This document shows, in pieces, positions 12,848-27,155 of a stretch of 64,000 bases of DNA. The notes under the pieces are model-generated. The model was not told the origin of the DNA and ran no database searches. It saw only the letters and a list, made by a program, of their open reading frames with translations. This DNA comes from Octopus sinensis (Eukaryota): contig NC_043008.1 in the NCBI RefSeq assembly GCF_006345805.1, positions 74,338,001 to 74,402,000 of the forward strand, given 5' to 3'. Position numbers and translations under genes: made by a program. How positions within the stretch are numbered: the stretch's first letter is position 1; each line of letters starts with the position of its first letter.

Positions 12848-12940
12848 GAGTATAGAATGCATATTGACTCTCTCATCTCGGTGACGGTTGAGAGAGTCAA
12901 CTGACACCGTGATGAGAGTGTCAATATGCATTCTATGCTC
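12848..12940. repeat. Near-perfect 93-bp palindrome
   Basis: GAGTATAGAATGCATATTGACTCTCTCATCTCGGTG ... CACCGTGATGAGAGTGTCAATATGCATTCTATGCTC. Confidence 0.9.
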
Positions 12941-14130
<1,190 letters not shown>

Positions 14131-14782
14131 GTGTATCAACTTAGGTGTATCTCTACAGATTTCCTAAAGAATTAAGCGCTGCACTGCACGTTACGGCATT
14201 CCCTAAACAAATACGTCTATGTTGCTGAATTCATTACGGCAATGAACTTTTATGCGACCGGTAGAAATGTACACGAAATGGAGGAATACTGGCATCAATG
14301 AATTGGCTTAAAGTTATAAAATGTGCCCCTCTGTGAATTTTTTGAAATAAGTGTTGTGTGTAACTACTTATATCATTCCCTCCACCCAGGGATTTATTAT
14401 CACACACACAGCATCTTTTGGAGTATACTGGAGTTGTATGGTTGCAGTTTACCTTACCGGAATTTCCGTCTAATTCGATATGGGATGATGTGTATTGAAT
14501 ACATTGATTAATGAAGTTTACTGATCGATTGTCATCTGCTTTGGGTTATCTACACTAGTCTTGTCTATGCCTGTAGTACGATCGTATTGGACCTCCCTAC
14601 ACTATTATATATATGTGTGTGTGCACGTTTGTGTGTGCGCGCGCGCATGTTGATAAATAGATCGGTAGATAGAATTCCCACATTTTGCAACTACTACAAT
14701 TAAGGTCTAAATTATTCTTACTTTTCTCTTTCCTTGTTTCTTTCTTCCTCTCCCTCTCTCTCCCTCTCTCTCTTTCAATATA

Positions 14783-14847
<65 letters not shown>

Positions 14848-15670
14848 TATATATATATACATACATACATACACACACACATATATATATATGTTTGTAT
14901 GTATGTGTATATATATATATATGCGTGTGTGTGTACGTACACTACAACACACACACACATACACACACAGAGACACGCACGCAGACACACACTCGCACAC
15001 ATGCATTTACATATGAGTCTGTGCGTTTGTATGCGCGTACAGGTATGTTTTGGTGTACATGCGTGTGTATGAATACGCGCAATGTGTACGCGTCCTCATC
15101 TCCACCACCGAAATACTCTGACCTAAATATGTCAAACACATACACTCAATATATTTTTAATCACTGCCAAGTAATCCAATGTCATCAGGTAGGGAACAAA
15201 TCCTCCAATCCAAAAACAAAAATCAATATGTAAACAATATATTGGAGTGTGTAGGGAGGAAGGGATCCTTATATTTCTTCATGTACACCATTTTGAATTG
15301 GTTCAGTGGGAGGACTGATAGAGAGAGAGGGGAGAAAAAAACATGTTAGTTTCTTCCTAATATAAGAAACATGTTGACGTTAACGTAATATCAATATATT
15401 GGATGAGATTGCTGTATTCTGGATTACTGAACGACGACATGCACCGCCCCACACATACACTTACACACACAAAAGCGCATGTAGGAAGATATGCAAACAC
15501 AGACACGCAAACACACACACATACACACCTACTCGCATATACACACGCTCACATACACACACAAAAACATACATACATATATATAAATATATGTGCATAT
15601 AAGGGAAGGGATAGACTCAGATATTTGTGTGTGTAAGAGTGTGTGCATGGGTGTATTTAAATACTACTGC

Positions 15671-15739
<69 letters not shown>

Positions 15740-15797
15740 TCTTCCTACATCCCATTCTAAACAGACACGTATAATTTCATACACATACACACGCACA

Positions 15798-15871
<74 letters not shown>

Positions 15872-15943
15872 CTATATATATGTATGTATGTATATATATA
15901 GATAGATACAGACAGATAGACAGGTTTGTCAATGATTGAATAC

Positions 15944-15974
<31 letters not shown>

Positions 15975-16521
15975 CACACACACACACACATATATATTTA
16001 TATACATATTATATATGCATGTATGTATTTATAAATATGTAATTGCATTAAAAACTGAATATATGTTTACTCAAAGCATTAGCGCTATACATATGTAAGA
16101 AAGACATCTACAAACACACATACCCTCATGCACACACTCATATACTATACACACATCTTTATGCGAGTTTGTTGGTGAATGTGTATGTCTATCCGTGTGC
16201 GTTGGTGTGTTTGAGCGTGCGCGCGAGTAGGGATTTATCTTCTGTAGTTTATTTGTATTATGAATATCATTGAAAATATTTTCTTTATTGCTTTGGTGAA
16301 CATGTCATGCGATCGGTTACAGACTATTTATATACACATAAACACAGCTGAGTTACTTTATCTATCTTCTTACCTATTTACTCCCCTGTAGACATACATG
16401 TACCCCAATATATTTATTCACACACAGACACTCATAAACATTAGTTTAGGTGTTTATGGATGCTCAAATAGATACACACACTCACACATTCACACATACA
16501 CACACACACATACATGCACAC

Positions 16522-16555
<34 letters not shown>

Positions 16556-17874
16556 CCTTCATTAATTATTATGCTTCTTGTAATTATTGAAGTGAGTCTA
16601 TGTGTTTTGTGGTTCAGCATACACTCACTGCAAATGCTACCAATATTCTGTATATGTGGACAGAAAGAAAAAACTGTAAAAGCTATTTTGATTTGAAGAA
16701 AAAAAAATGTCCTTAGATGACATGAAAGACGATTTATGAGGTGCTGAAGAGTATTAAAGCCACTATACTAGTGTCATGCATTACTGCTTAAATATTTTGA
16801 TTACGCATGCCCATACAATGAACCGAACACGTTGGACAAAATACAGTTACACTTTTCAACAATCAATGATTGAACTAAGGACTTTACACATGCACACGCA
16901 GCACATATACACTCACGAACACACAAATACTCCCGCAACCTATGCACATTTAAAAAAATGTACTCATAAATAAGCTAACACATACACATACCAAATTTGT
17001 GTAGCTAATAAGATTATTTAGTCGAGATGCACGCCACACAATAACAAACAAAACGAATTAGGGTTTGACAGAGATGAGGAAATAGGCATAGTACATATCA
17101 TAATGGCATAGCTTCATCTGTCAGTTTTTATTTAGAAATTACTTGATAAGGTTTAGAAAATATTTAATTGACAAGTTTGGATATTGGAATAATTTATATC
17201 TTTGGCATAAATTTCATTTACTAATACGCACATATTTTATATTTATATAAATAACATCTTGCAATATATATACAAAATATTTCAATAGTATCTCTATGGT
17301 AAGCTTACTTAACAAACATATATATCTATCTTATTCCCTGACAAACAATTGGGTTGCAGAATACTATAATGATGCATTACATTGAGGTAGAATTCACAGA
17401 AGAATCCCCTGCTGTACAAATACAAAAGAATATAATTACAAACAAAATTGGCTTAAAGGACAGTAAAAACGTTGCTAAGAATTTCCTAAATCTGAAAAAC
17501 AAAAAAACAGAAAAACACTTCCACACAATCATCTATAAGAGTAGTATTATGATTATTTGAAATAAATTTGCTGCTTCCTTAGCTAGAATTAGCAGAAAGT
17601 TTTCCCTCAAAACTGCAAAATTTTTACTACAACCGGGCAATCACGTTGCCGGATATGCGCATCCAATACATTTCTACAAGGAGGTGTAGTGGATTGCAGG
17701 GAGATATCCATTGAAAATTAGAATGATGGATACTTACATAGCTGTAGCTGCAAAGCTTTTGAAAATGTAGCCATTATACAAACATCTTACTACCTGAACA
17801 CAAAAGAAATACTCTGGAGCCCTCTAAGGACTTGAAATACAAACACCTACAGTTTCAAAGCCAGCTTTCTCATA

Positions 17875-17915
<41 letters not shown>

Positions 17916-17994
17916 CCCACACACGCGCACACAAATAAACACACACATGCACATATATACTTACGTATATACATACATATTCATACATATTTGT

Positions 17995-18140
17995 TGGATG
18001 GCCGTTGGCTAGTCATGAGTTCCTCCGCCCTTAGACGGGCCTTTTCCTCCAGCAGGGTGTCCAACAATCGCCCTCATCACCAAGCAAGCCTGTTGGGATT
18101 TTCAGTTTAGTCACCGACGACCCGAATTTGCAACATGTTG
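17995..18140 (-). mobile_element. Probable RTE-type LINE 5' UTR fragment
   Basis: GC-richer block CTTAGACGGGC...CACCAAGCAAGC...TTTAGTCACCGACGACCCGA recognised as a repeat typical of this genome type. There is no coding evidence. Confidence 0.35.
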
Positions 18141-18364
18141 TACAACATAAAATTTGCTCTTTACAAATCGTTTGTCATATCATCCCTGTTGTATTCTTCT
18201 GGAACATGGACGTGTTATGAAAGACATTTCAAATTGTGAAAACGATTCCGCCAAAAATGCCTTCGATTCATTTTAAACATTAAATGTTTTTTTTTCTTTT
18301 TACTCCAGATACGGATGACTTTGTGTCTGCAAGTATCACTTCAATTAAATCAATGATTCTGAAA

Positions 18365-18620
18365 AATTAATTGAGATGGTCTAGCCGTATTGTTCGAATG
18401 ACGGATGAACACACACTCAAATAGCTATTCTTTGGTGAGCTTACAGAGGGGAAACGCAATCGGAGTAAACCTAAAAAGAGGTTTAAGGACGGCATAAGGA
18501 CTAACATGAAGTCACTTGGAATGGATCCAAAGGTGATAGAAACCCTTGCTTCGGGTCGAGCTGCATGGCGGACAAATACGTGGTGTGCAGGGAAAGCTTT
18601 TGAAAAGTCCACTAAGGGCG
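18365..18620 (+). mobile_element. RTE (BovB-like) LINE C-terminal fragment
   Basis: LRWSSRIVRMTDEHTLK*LFFGELTEGKRNRSKPKKRFKDGIRTNMK...ETLASGRAAWR matches the RTE consensus LRWxGHVxRM...GELxxGKRxxGxPxKRxKD. Confidence 0.85.
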
Positions 18621-18624
18621 ACAA

Positions 18625-19640
18625 CATATCTCATCTCAAACCATTACTCTATATCAACTCACAATCCTAAAAACAATGTGGCGTACAACACGATTGTACA
18701 AAATCTACGTATGCTCACGAGAGATCAAAAAATGGACATTCTGAAAACACAGATTCGTCAAATGCAAAAAGCAATGCAAATCGCTGAGGATACTTCAAAC
18801 AAATGTGAAGCCTTACACAACAACCACGAAACCAACGGTTAAAAAATGTAGACGCCCAAGCTGTACGACAAGCCCCAACCTATTGGAAGGCTCAAAATTC
18901 CTATTCAAGCAAAGAGAGAGGTTCACAATTAAAACCAACTTCATTTGCACTTCCGAGATTCTAATTTGCAATTTGCTCAGGTTGTGGATATGACTATATA
19001 GGACCGAAAAGTATGACACTGTGAGGGAGAATCACACTGTATAAAGAACAGATCCGGTTCCTGCAATACAAAAAGATTCCTCTGAGTAAATACATAGAGG
19101 GATGTGCAGATAATATCCAACTAAATTTTACAGTTTTCCCGATCTAGCAGTGCGAAGAAACAATTTCTATATAAGATAGTTCAAATAAAGAAAATTTGTT
19201 CATCGAAAAGTACAGAACATGTCTAAATATAAAAGTATAACCAACTTTGATCTCAGTATATATATTTTAATTTACTGTACATATTTCATAACTTCATACC
19301 TTCCCTGAACGATGAGCAATCACCTCCCTTGTCTCCAATAATAACGATCATCAATTACCTCCCCTTAGATTTATCTACTTATTGGATCATTCACAAACTC
19401 CTCTGCACAACATGGATTAAAATTTTCTTAAGAAAATACGAAATTACAATACTTTCAACGTCATGATTAGCAAAAGAGAAACCGGTCAACAAACACAATA
19501 TGAAATATATTAAAATTATGTAAAATATGTGCATTTTTCTTCTTTTATTTTAAATATATAATATTTTTTGCATTACATCTCACCACGTGGGGATAATCGA
19601 AATTCTTCCCTGTTTTCTTACTATTATATTTATATATATG
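18625..19640 (+). mobile_element. Penelope-like element: linker and GIY-YIG endonuclease pseudogene plus 3' tail
   Basis: YSISTHNPKN, KKCRRPSCTTSP, IKTNFICTSEILI, CSGCGYDYIG, RITLYKEQIR, FTVFPI, KENLFIEKYRTCLN. Confidence 0.85.
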
Positions 19641-19683
19641 GCAAATAAAAGACGGAAGATGAGATATACGAGAATTTATTATT

Positions 19684-19792
19684 AATCATGCCAATTGTGT
19701 TTCGACACATCTAGCTACGATTCCTCATGATTGGGACATTGAACAACTGGTTCAGGAACATCCGGCGGTGCAGATGTATCTCCTTGGCTGAT
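19684..19792 (-). ncRNA. Degenerate hammerhead-like motif with long stem II in an inverted Penelope terminal repeat
   Basis: AUCAG CCAAGGA GAUACAUCU (about 60 nt) AGAUGUGUC GAAA CACAAUUGGC AUGAU. The 9-bp stem II base is intact but the core is mutated. Confidence 0.4.
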
Positions 19793-20149
19793 AAATAAAT
19801 GCAACTAGTTACAATAATGGTTCCGCAATGTAACTTCCCATTTTATAGAAAAAAAGCAGTCAGACGGATGAAATATCTTCATTTATACAGAAGATCAAAA
19901 ATAAAATCACAGATGAGAAATAGAGAAACGAACACGCAATCCATTTGTAATTTTGGGGTGTCGGCAACTGCATGTTCGACAACGAACTAAGTGTCAATAT
20001 TGAAATATATGTCACTGAACGTTAACTTTGCATGTTTGTGGCCCAAATATTGAGTGACATTTGTAAAGGGGGTTGTACCTTACTTTTTGACTTGCCTGTT
20101 CGATATGTTCTCATTTCCAATAAAAACTGTTCTGCCGGCCTTGTGTGGA

Positions 20150-21100
20150 ATATCGAGCACTTCTACCAAAGCACCAAGGCTGATCCCTTCCAGCTGCCGA
20201 CTTACAAGTAACTAAAAGCCTCCCCCAAATTTCTATGTACCCTAATACATGTTTCTAGCTTTGTCATATGTAGGATGAAATCTTCAGGCATGGAGGCACT
20301 GATTCACTGGATGTAGGTCCATTACTATCTAATATCAATCCATATTGAGCAAGAAATTTGCAATGTAGTAAGTCAACATCGTTGCTGATATATTTCACAG
20401 TGACCTATGTATGCTTTCGTGCCATGTATTGGAACATTATGTTAAAGGCAGACGCCTGTCGAACTGATTTACCTGATCTTTTACCCATCAGTTTTTAAAA
20501 TGATGCATATACTTGCATTTGCTCTTCTACGACCGGTACAGATCTTATCCACGTATTACGCAACTGTTTGGAGTGGGACACAAGAAAACTGTAGCTTTGA
20601 CATCCTAGATCCGTAACCTACTTTCTTTGTAGAGCTTTACTGATTACGTAGGGCAATAAGACATTTTTTGTAACATAGTGCTAATACACTGTTTTTCATT
20701 TAGTCAGATTCTCCATATTTAACTTTCGTCTGATATAAGCGCGCCTTAGAGGATGATGCTTGTTGTAAGTCTTAAATTGCCCACACCCAAAAATTACAAA
20801 TGTATTTTTGTTACACCAACTTTGTTTGCGCAAGACAGAGACAGACAGAAAGACAGAAAGAAAGAGAGAGAAATTAAATGATCCTTATATAAACCAGGCT
20901 TTTCCCACATCATTTTAATGGGTAGTTGAAAATTCCCTTCTTGTACACTATGCCAATTGATCGAGGCACTCCTTGAGGAAGAAGTCACTGTTTTTCATAA
21001 TATACCTCTCCTATAGTATTCATTTTCAGAGGTACACCTATACTTGGTATGGCAAACTAGTTATTAAAACATCGACTATATAATTTTTTTCGTGTCTGAT
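20150..21100 (-). mobile_element. Highly decayed Penelope-like RT fragment
   Basis: Only scattered motif-like pieces (DVK..FSCVPL; KTDG-like), with many frameshifts. Confidence 0.35.
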
Positions 21101-21433
21101 GGGTGCAGATGTCGACGTTTGATGAAAATTCTTCTATATTTCCAAACAGTATTTACTTTTATCATTTTATTAATCTGTAGCGATTGGGGAGGCGTCTAAA
21201 TGCTGCTACTACACAAATGTGAGGACACTCGTACCACTACCTATGTAGATTTCATGTTTAAAACATCTAGTGAAATTGGCTAACGGCAAAATTTCAAAAT
21301 CTAGAAGTTTTCTCCCACGTAGAGAAGAACAATAAAGTAAAGTCTCCCATCCTCTGAATATAGCTGATAGACGCACACGCACAACATAAAAGGTATGCAA
21401 TTTGAAGAGTAATACGATACATTTTCTGAAACA

Positions 21434-21437
<4 letters not shown>

Positions 21438-21520
<83 letters not shown>

Positions 21521-21538
21521 GTAGTAGTAATAATAATA
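21438..21538. repeat. (AAT)n microsatellite
   Basis: Directly visible. Other trinucleotide tracts are (TAG)n 29187-29258, (AAT)n 32890-32968 and (GAT/GAC)n 57480-57562. Confidence 0.95.
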
Positions 21539-21931
21539 TAAAATGTATGATTGAAATCTTGGTGCAAGTTAAGACGAAATATATATATATTTGCAACCAG
21601 ACAATACAAAGTAACATTGCTGAATTACTAGAAGTAAGTGAATAAAAAGGCAAAGCTTTATTATGAATATAATATTGGAGTTTTAGAAAAATGAATCGTA
21701 TTAACTTAGGAAAGGATAATTCTATTTCGAAACAAAGGTAACTTGAAATAAAATGCAAATATTAATGAAATTTCATTCATAAACACACGTATACATGCAT
21801 GTATATATATATGAATGAATGGATGGATGTATGTATATAGATAGATAGAATTATATATAAATATTTATACATACTTATATAACATTGTGCGTACGTGTGT
21901 ATGCATCTTTATGTACGTATATATGTACATA

Positions 21932-22015
<84 letters not shown>

Positions 22016-23479
22016 TGTGTGTGTGTGTGTGTGTATGTATTTATATGCACCTATGGAGGTTCTTCATATTTTATATTCAAATATGTCGTCATCAGTTCTG
22101 ATTTTATTTTCTACTGATTTTGGTGCAAATATAATTTTTAGAAGTTAGAAAAAGTGTTTGATTATTAATTAGAATAATGTAATTTAAGGATAGCTATTTC
22201 TTTTCTTCTTTACTTTTTCTTATCAATTTTCAGAATGCGTAAGATTTTCGGAAGATGTGAGATGCTTAGAGAAGGGAAAAGAGAAGAACTAAATAAGTTA
22301 TTTACTCCCTTTTGTTGAGGATTTTTTTCTGTAACTTTTGATTAATTTTTTGCTCCTAAGATCCATAGTAAATAAATATGACAGCGTACTGAGTCACGCC
22401 TTTGTGCACTGAGCGCGTCTACATCTAAGTTTATATTTATATAACCATGTGTGCGTGTATACGGATGGATTTATATATGTATCTATGTATAAGATGGTAG
22501 ACTGGTATTTAAGTATGTGTATGTTTTTATGTATGCATATATGTATGTATGAATGTGTGTGGACTTAAATATATGTATATGTACATACAAGCATACATTT
22601 GTATGCAGGCATGTATGTTTATATGTATATACGCATGCAAATTGTTTGTATCTAACGCTTTCAAACAGTTATGAGTGTATATACTATACAAAATGAAACG
22701 CATACATATATACACGCAAACTCCACGCGCACGCAGAAATATATACAAGGGTGTGGTGTATATATATATATATTTATATATATGTGTGTGTGCGTATGCA
22801 AATAGACAGATACTTTAAATTATGCTTTTCGTTTATTTATATACATATATGTACACATATCTGTGATAGGTGTGTTTCTTTTCGTATGTACACACATGTG
22901 GTATGTTTGAATCTATGTGTATGTATGTATGTAGGCGTGTATGTATGTATGTATGTATGCGTGCATGCATGTATGCTATATGTCTATATATGTGCTTATA
23001 TTTATGTTCCACAGTGCAAATGCTTATATTGAATTCAGTTCAGTTTAATCTAATATAAGCAGAACCTGAGTGAATGGATATGACAGATTGAGGAGACGCA
23101 ATCAATAAGAGAAATAATAACAATTAATAAACACCAGTTAATAAATATAATTAATAAATGTTACCTGGGGAAAATAGAGATTTCGATGTAATTATAATAT
23201 TAATGTAATTACGAGAATAAATAGGAGAAAACATGTCTGAACATAAATATACATTCAATAACACTAGCGAGAGCAACCTTCAGCTATTGTGCGTGTGTGG
23301 TTTCGTGAGCTGCCGTCAGAAAAATTTTGTTATCTGTTTGAGATCAATTATTACTGTAATACCACATACAATACTCCTACTATACTATCATTATTACTTT
23401 GAAACCACCTCCTATTTATTACTGTAATACCACTAATTCACTGTGATACAATGTACTAGCCTATATTTAATACTGTAAT

Positions 23480-23690
23480 ATTGGTTTCAAATCTGGTACA
23501 AGGCTAGCAATTTCACGAGAGGGGATAAATTGATTACAACGATTCCTGTACTAGACTGATACCTTTTTTATTGACCCCGAAAGGTTGAAAAACAAAATCA
23601 ACATCGACGGAATTTGAAATCATAACATAAAGGATAAAATGTCGCTAAGCATTTTGCCCGGTGTTCTAAGGATTCTACCAGCTCGCCTCC
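23480..23690 (-). mobile_element. SINE family A copy
   Basis: TTGGTTTCAAAT...GACCCCGAAAGG...GGAATTTGAA...CGCTAAGCATTTTGCCCGG...CCAGCTCGCC. Confidence 0.8.
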
Positions 23691-23763
23691 TCATTTAATA
23701 TGGTAATATTACCTACTACAGTTTGTATTGTAGCACACTTCTACAATATAACTATACCTGTAA

Positions 23764-25376
23764 TCTCTCTATATATAAAACTGAGAATGTATGTCTGTAT
23801 GTCTGTATGTCTGTGTGTTTCCCTAAATCTTGAGAACTACACAACTAATTTCATTCAAATTTTACATATGCCTTACTTAGGGTCCATGTAGTTTCATGGG
23901 CAAAAAGAATGTTCAACTTCTTGCCTAGGGCGAGCCCATAGCAATATCATATCTTCTCCACTATTTCAGTATTACGTGTTAAAAGTGAAACAAAATATTT
24001 CGCTATTTTATGTCAGATACTTTCATTTTAACAATAAAAATTAGAGATAATAACAATTGACTTATATGTAGTAAGTAATAATTAAAATCAAACTAAAGTA
24101 TAATATAATAATTAAATCGTCACATAATAATTAAAAGTAAAAATAGCAATTGGTATAAAATTGCATCAATGACTTGAACTTGAATAAGTGGTTTCACATG
24201 AATGGGAATAAATAAAAAGTAAAATTTAAGTGCAGAAATGGAATAGTCCAGATGGAACTGTGCACATACGCTTTACCACGGCTTTTACATTAGATTATCT
24301 GCTAATTAGCTAGCATTAAGTATCTATATGAAGTTTGGCTATATGTAATGTCTGTTTTCTCGAACAGCCGCTTCTACTGAGTACTGCTGTTGCTTTATTT
24401 CTGATCCATAAAGGAATATAACTTCAACTGAGTACTGCTTTTTGATTCGCCGTAAGGTTTGTTGTTATCATTATTACTCTTTAACTATTGTTATCACGTT
24501 TGTTGGTTCCTCGTAAAGGAAGCGTTGTTGTGTTGCATTTGTTAAATAATTGTAAACCGTAACCCTCCCACTTTGGGAGAAGGAGCTTTGGTTATTGTCT
24601 AAAAATTTAATTTTGTTCCTGTTTGGGGAAATTGACAATATTTACACCGTTTATACGGAAGCAATTTTGTTAAAATGTCTTCGATAGAAGAAAGTCCAAA
24701 AATGAATTTCGCTGCAGCCGTCGGCGGGCGCGAACTCATTAAAATTAAAATAGAAGAAATACAAACCTATTTCGGATTGATCACCGACAAAGACGATGAA
24801 TCTAAGATAACACCACCAAACGAAATAAAAAATTAAATTAAAGAAAAGACTATTGTCTATAAAGTATACAATGTAGAGAAGAAAAAAGATTTGAACACCT
24901 GGAAGAAAGCACCATTGAAAAGTGTCTTGGTGTGATTATGAGAGTTATCAAGCATCTAACCAGAGGCGGTAAATTCGCCACAATAGAAGCAAGGTTCGAG
25001 TCAACGGAGCGCGCAAGGGAGTACTCGACTCGAACCTTGCAAAGTGAAAATATTCTTTTTTTACCTTTATATCTGGGGCGTAGGACGTTCCAGAAAAAAA
25101 TTAAAAATAGTAGAGGTAGGCTGGATTGTAGCCACACTTCTATACAAGAGGGAGGAAAGATACAATTGATCGAAATTGCAAGAGACGGGCCTACAATTCC
25201 AGTCTGTTATATATTTTGAGTATTGTTATCACTAGCGATATCAAGATATAACTTTGTATTTTGTATTTTATGTGTAGATGTATATATATAGATGTACATG
25301 TAATATGTACACATATATATACACATATATACATGCATTAGCACTATGACCTGGCAACGCCGAGTCATAATGCTAG
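23764..25376 (+). mobile_element. Non-autonomous Helitron
   Basis: 5' A|TCTCTCTATATATAAAA followed by a (GTCTGTAT)n-like tract. 3' hairpin TATGAC-C-TGGC-AAC-GCCG-A-GTCATA, then ATG CTAG|T. It is inserted at an A/T dinucleotide with no TSD. Confidence 0.75.
24400..25200 (+). mobile_element. L1/Tx1-like LINE 5' UTR and ORF1 N-terminal fragment inside the Helitron
   Basis: MSSIEESPKMNFAAAVGG...KTIVYKVYN...IKHLTRGGKFATIEARFESTERAREYSTRTL...LFLPLYLGRR resembles an RRM-like ORF1. Stops are present. Confidence 0.55.
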
Positions 25377-25469
25377 TACAACATAAAATACTATAATTAC
25401 CAATGTGATGCTACTTGGAATAATATAGCTATAACTATCATAACACCTACTATAAACCCACTGTAATAT

Positions 25470-26530
25470 GGTTATCGTGCTATGATAGGCGTTATGTCCG
25501 TTTGTCCTTTTCATCTTCACGGTCAAACGGCTGGACCAATGGTCACGATGTTTTTCGGGATTACGAAGGAGATAATCAGAAATTGTTTTATCGAAAAAAG
25601 TTTTGAAAAAGTATGATTTTTTTGTGGATATTGAGTTTTGCATTGATAAATCACCTTTGTCTTTTGGTTTTTTTTTTGCTATCTTACTATAATGGGCATT
25701 ATGTTCGTCAGTCCGTCTCTTTTTTTATTCCCTCGTCACGACCAGACGGCTGGATCAATAGTTACGATATATTTCAGGATTGCAAAGGCTGTCATCAGGA
25801 AGGTTTTTTAGCATTAAAAAAATCAGAAAGTATGATTAGTTCGTGGATATCAATTTTTGAATTGTTAAACCACCAAATTCACTGACCACGAATAACTCTG
25901 TATTCTCATCGTATAGTTCGTGGCCCCATCGTAGATACGAATGGGGTTTCCGAGGACGGTTAATAGCGAAAATAAAGTGGAAGAAGTGTGTGTCAGAATA
26001 TAGGGCGTATGATTATTCAGTGATTATTGAAGTGTGTCTGTCTCGAACAGGATGCGAAACGGTTAATCGAAGCGGTTGTTGTTTACATCACAGTTTTGTT
26101 AATCAACCTAACCTATGGTACCAGAACATCCAGACGTTATTCGCAAAGAATAGTGAGAGGTAAATACTAGTTTGATTTTTTGCAACTCTAAAGATTCCGC
26201 TCACAGCAAACAAAGCGCAAGGTCAAACTTTAGATGGTGTAGGTGTATTTTTATCTCCGATGTTTACACACGGCCAGTTATATGTCACTCTGAGCAGAGC
26301 AACGGACTCCACTAATTTGAAAATTAATGTCGATCAAATAGAAAATATCGTGTAGAAAGAGTTTTGTAATCATATTGATATTATTGAAAGGATATGATTC
26401 AAAATTTAAATAAAGAAACGTGTGAACTTTGAATGTATAAGAGTATAAACAAGCGTAAAATAGTGTAAACAACTAAAATAAAAATATATCTAATTAACAT
26501 TATTTTCTTAATACTTTTTATGTAGTGGTC
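25470..26530 (+). mobile_element. Second Helitron remnant with duplicated 5' region and Pif1-helicase C-terminal fragment
   Basis: 26195-26370 reads TANKAQGQTLDGVGVFLSPMFTHGQLYVTLSRAT...NIV (Pif1 motifs V and VI). Two related 5'-type blocks with ACGGCTGGA lie at about 25480-25650 and 25683-25865. Confidence 0.8.
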
Positions 26531-26929
26531 GAAGGAAGCTCTGCCTTTCGTTAGGAGTGGTCCACATAACCATTCATGATACAGAGGTTGGGAGCTAATT
26601 TCAGTTCGGGATTTAATCGTCATCACATGCCACTTAGTCACAAACACGCCATATAGCAGCAATATAATGCTGTATCACCAACAATATTGTGATTTCTATA
26701 AGACACCACCCAGTAATCTATCAAGTCCATTTACACATTTCTCAATACATACTGCTGTTACGACTTCCCTCCCTCATTTTATGCCCCTCTCGTAGATGGG
26801 TAGATTTGCTATTAAAGCAATACCAACAACTATAATTATCAATGTAATACCATCTAGTATACGACGCCAGCTGGACAATAATTACTATTGGAAAATCTAG
26901 TATATTCTGAAACACCAACAAGACTATAA

Positions 26930-27155
26930 TTATTTAGACAACTGATTAGCTTCCAATCAAATAACTTCTTGTGGGCATTCAGCATAAGGAAATTACATGA
27001 CTAAATATCCTTTATATCAGACTCGATGTGGGGTATATTGTATAAATGTTCTTCAAGTTACACTATAACAGGAAAAATAATACAAGAAGGTTTTGACTAG
27101 AAAATGTTTGATTATAGATCTGATGAATGATCAAGACTGACCTGGGGCTAAATAG
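26930..27155. mobile_element. Diverged interspersed repeat (SINE-like); related pieces near 33740-33920 and 62940-63030
   Basis: Shared ends GACTGACCTGGGGCTAAA, TTATTTAACCCACGATCAAAC and GATGGTCATAGCTAGAATGGCTTTGATCATA. Confidence 0.4.
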
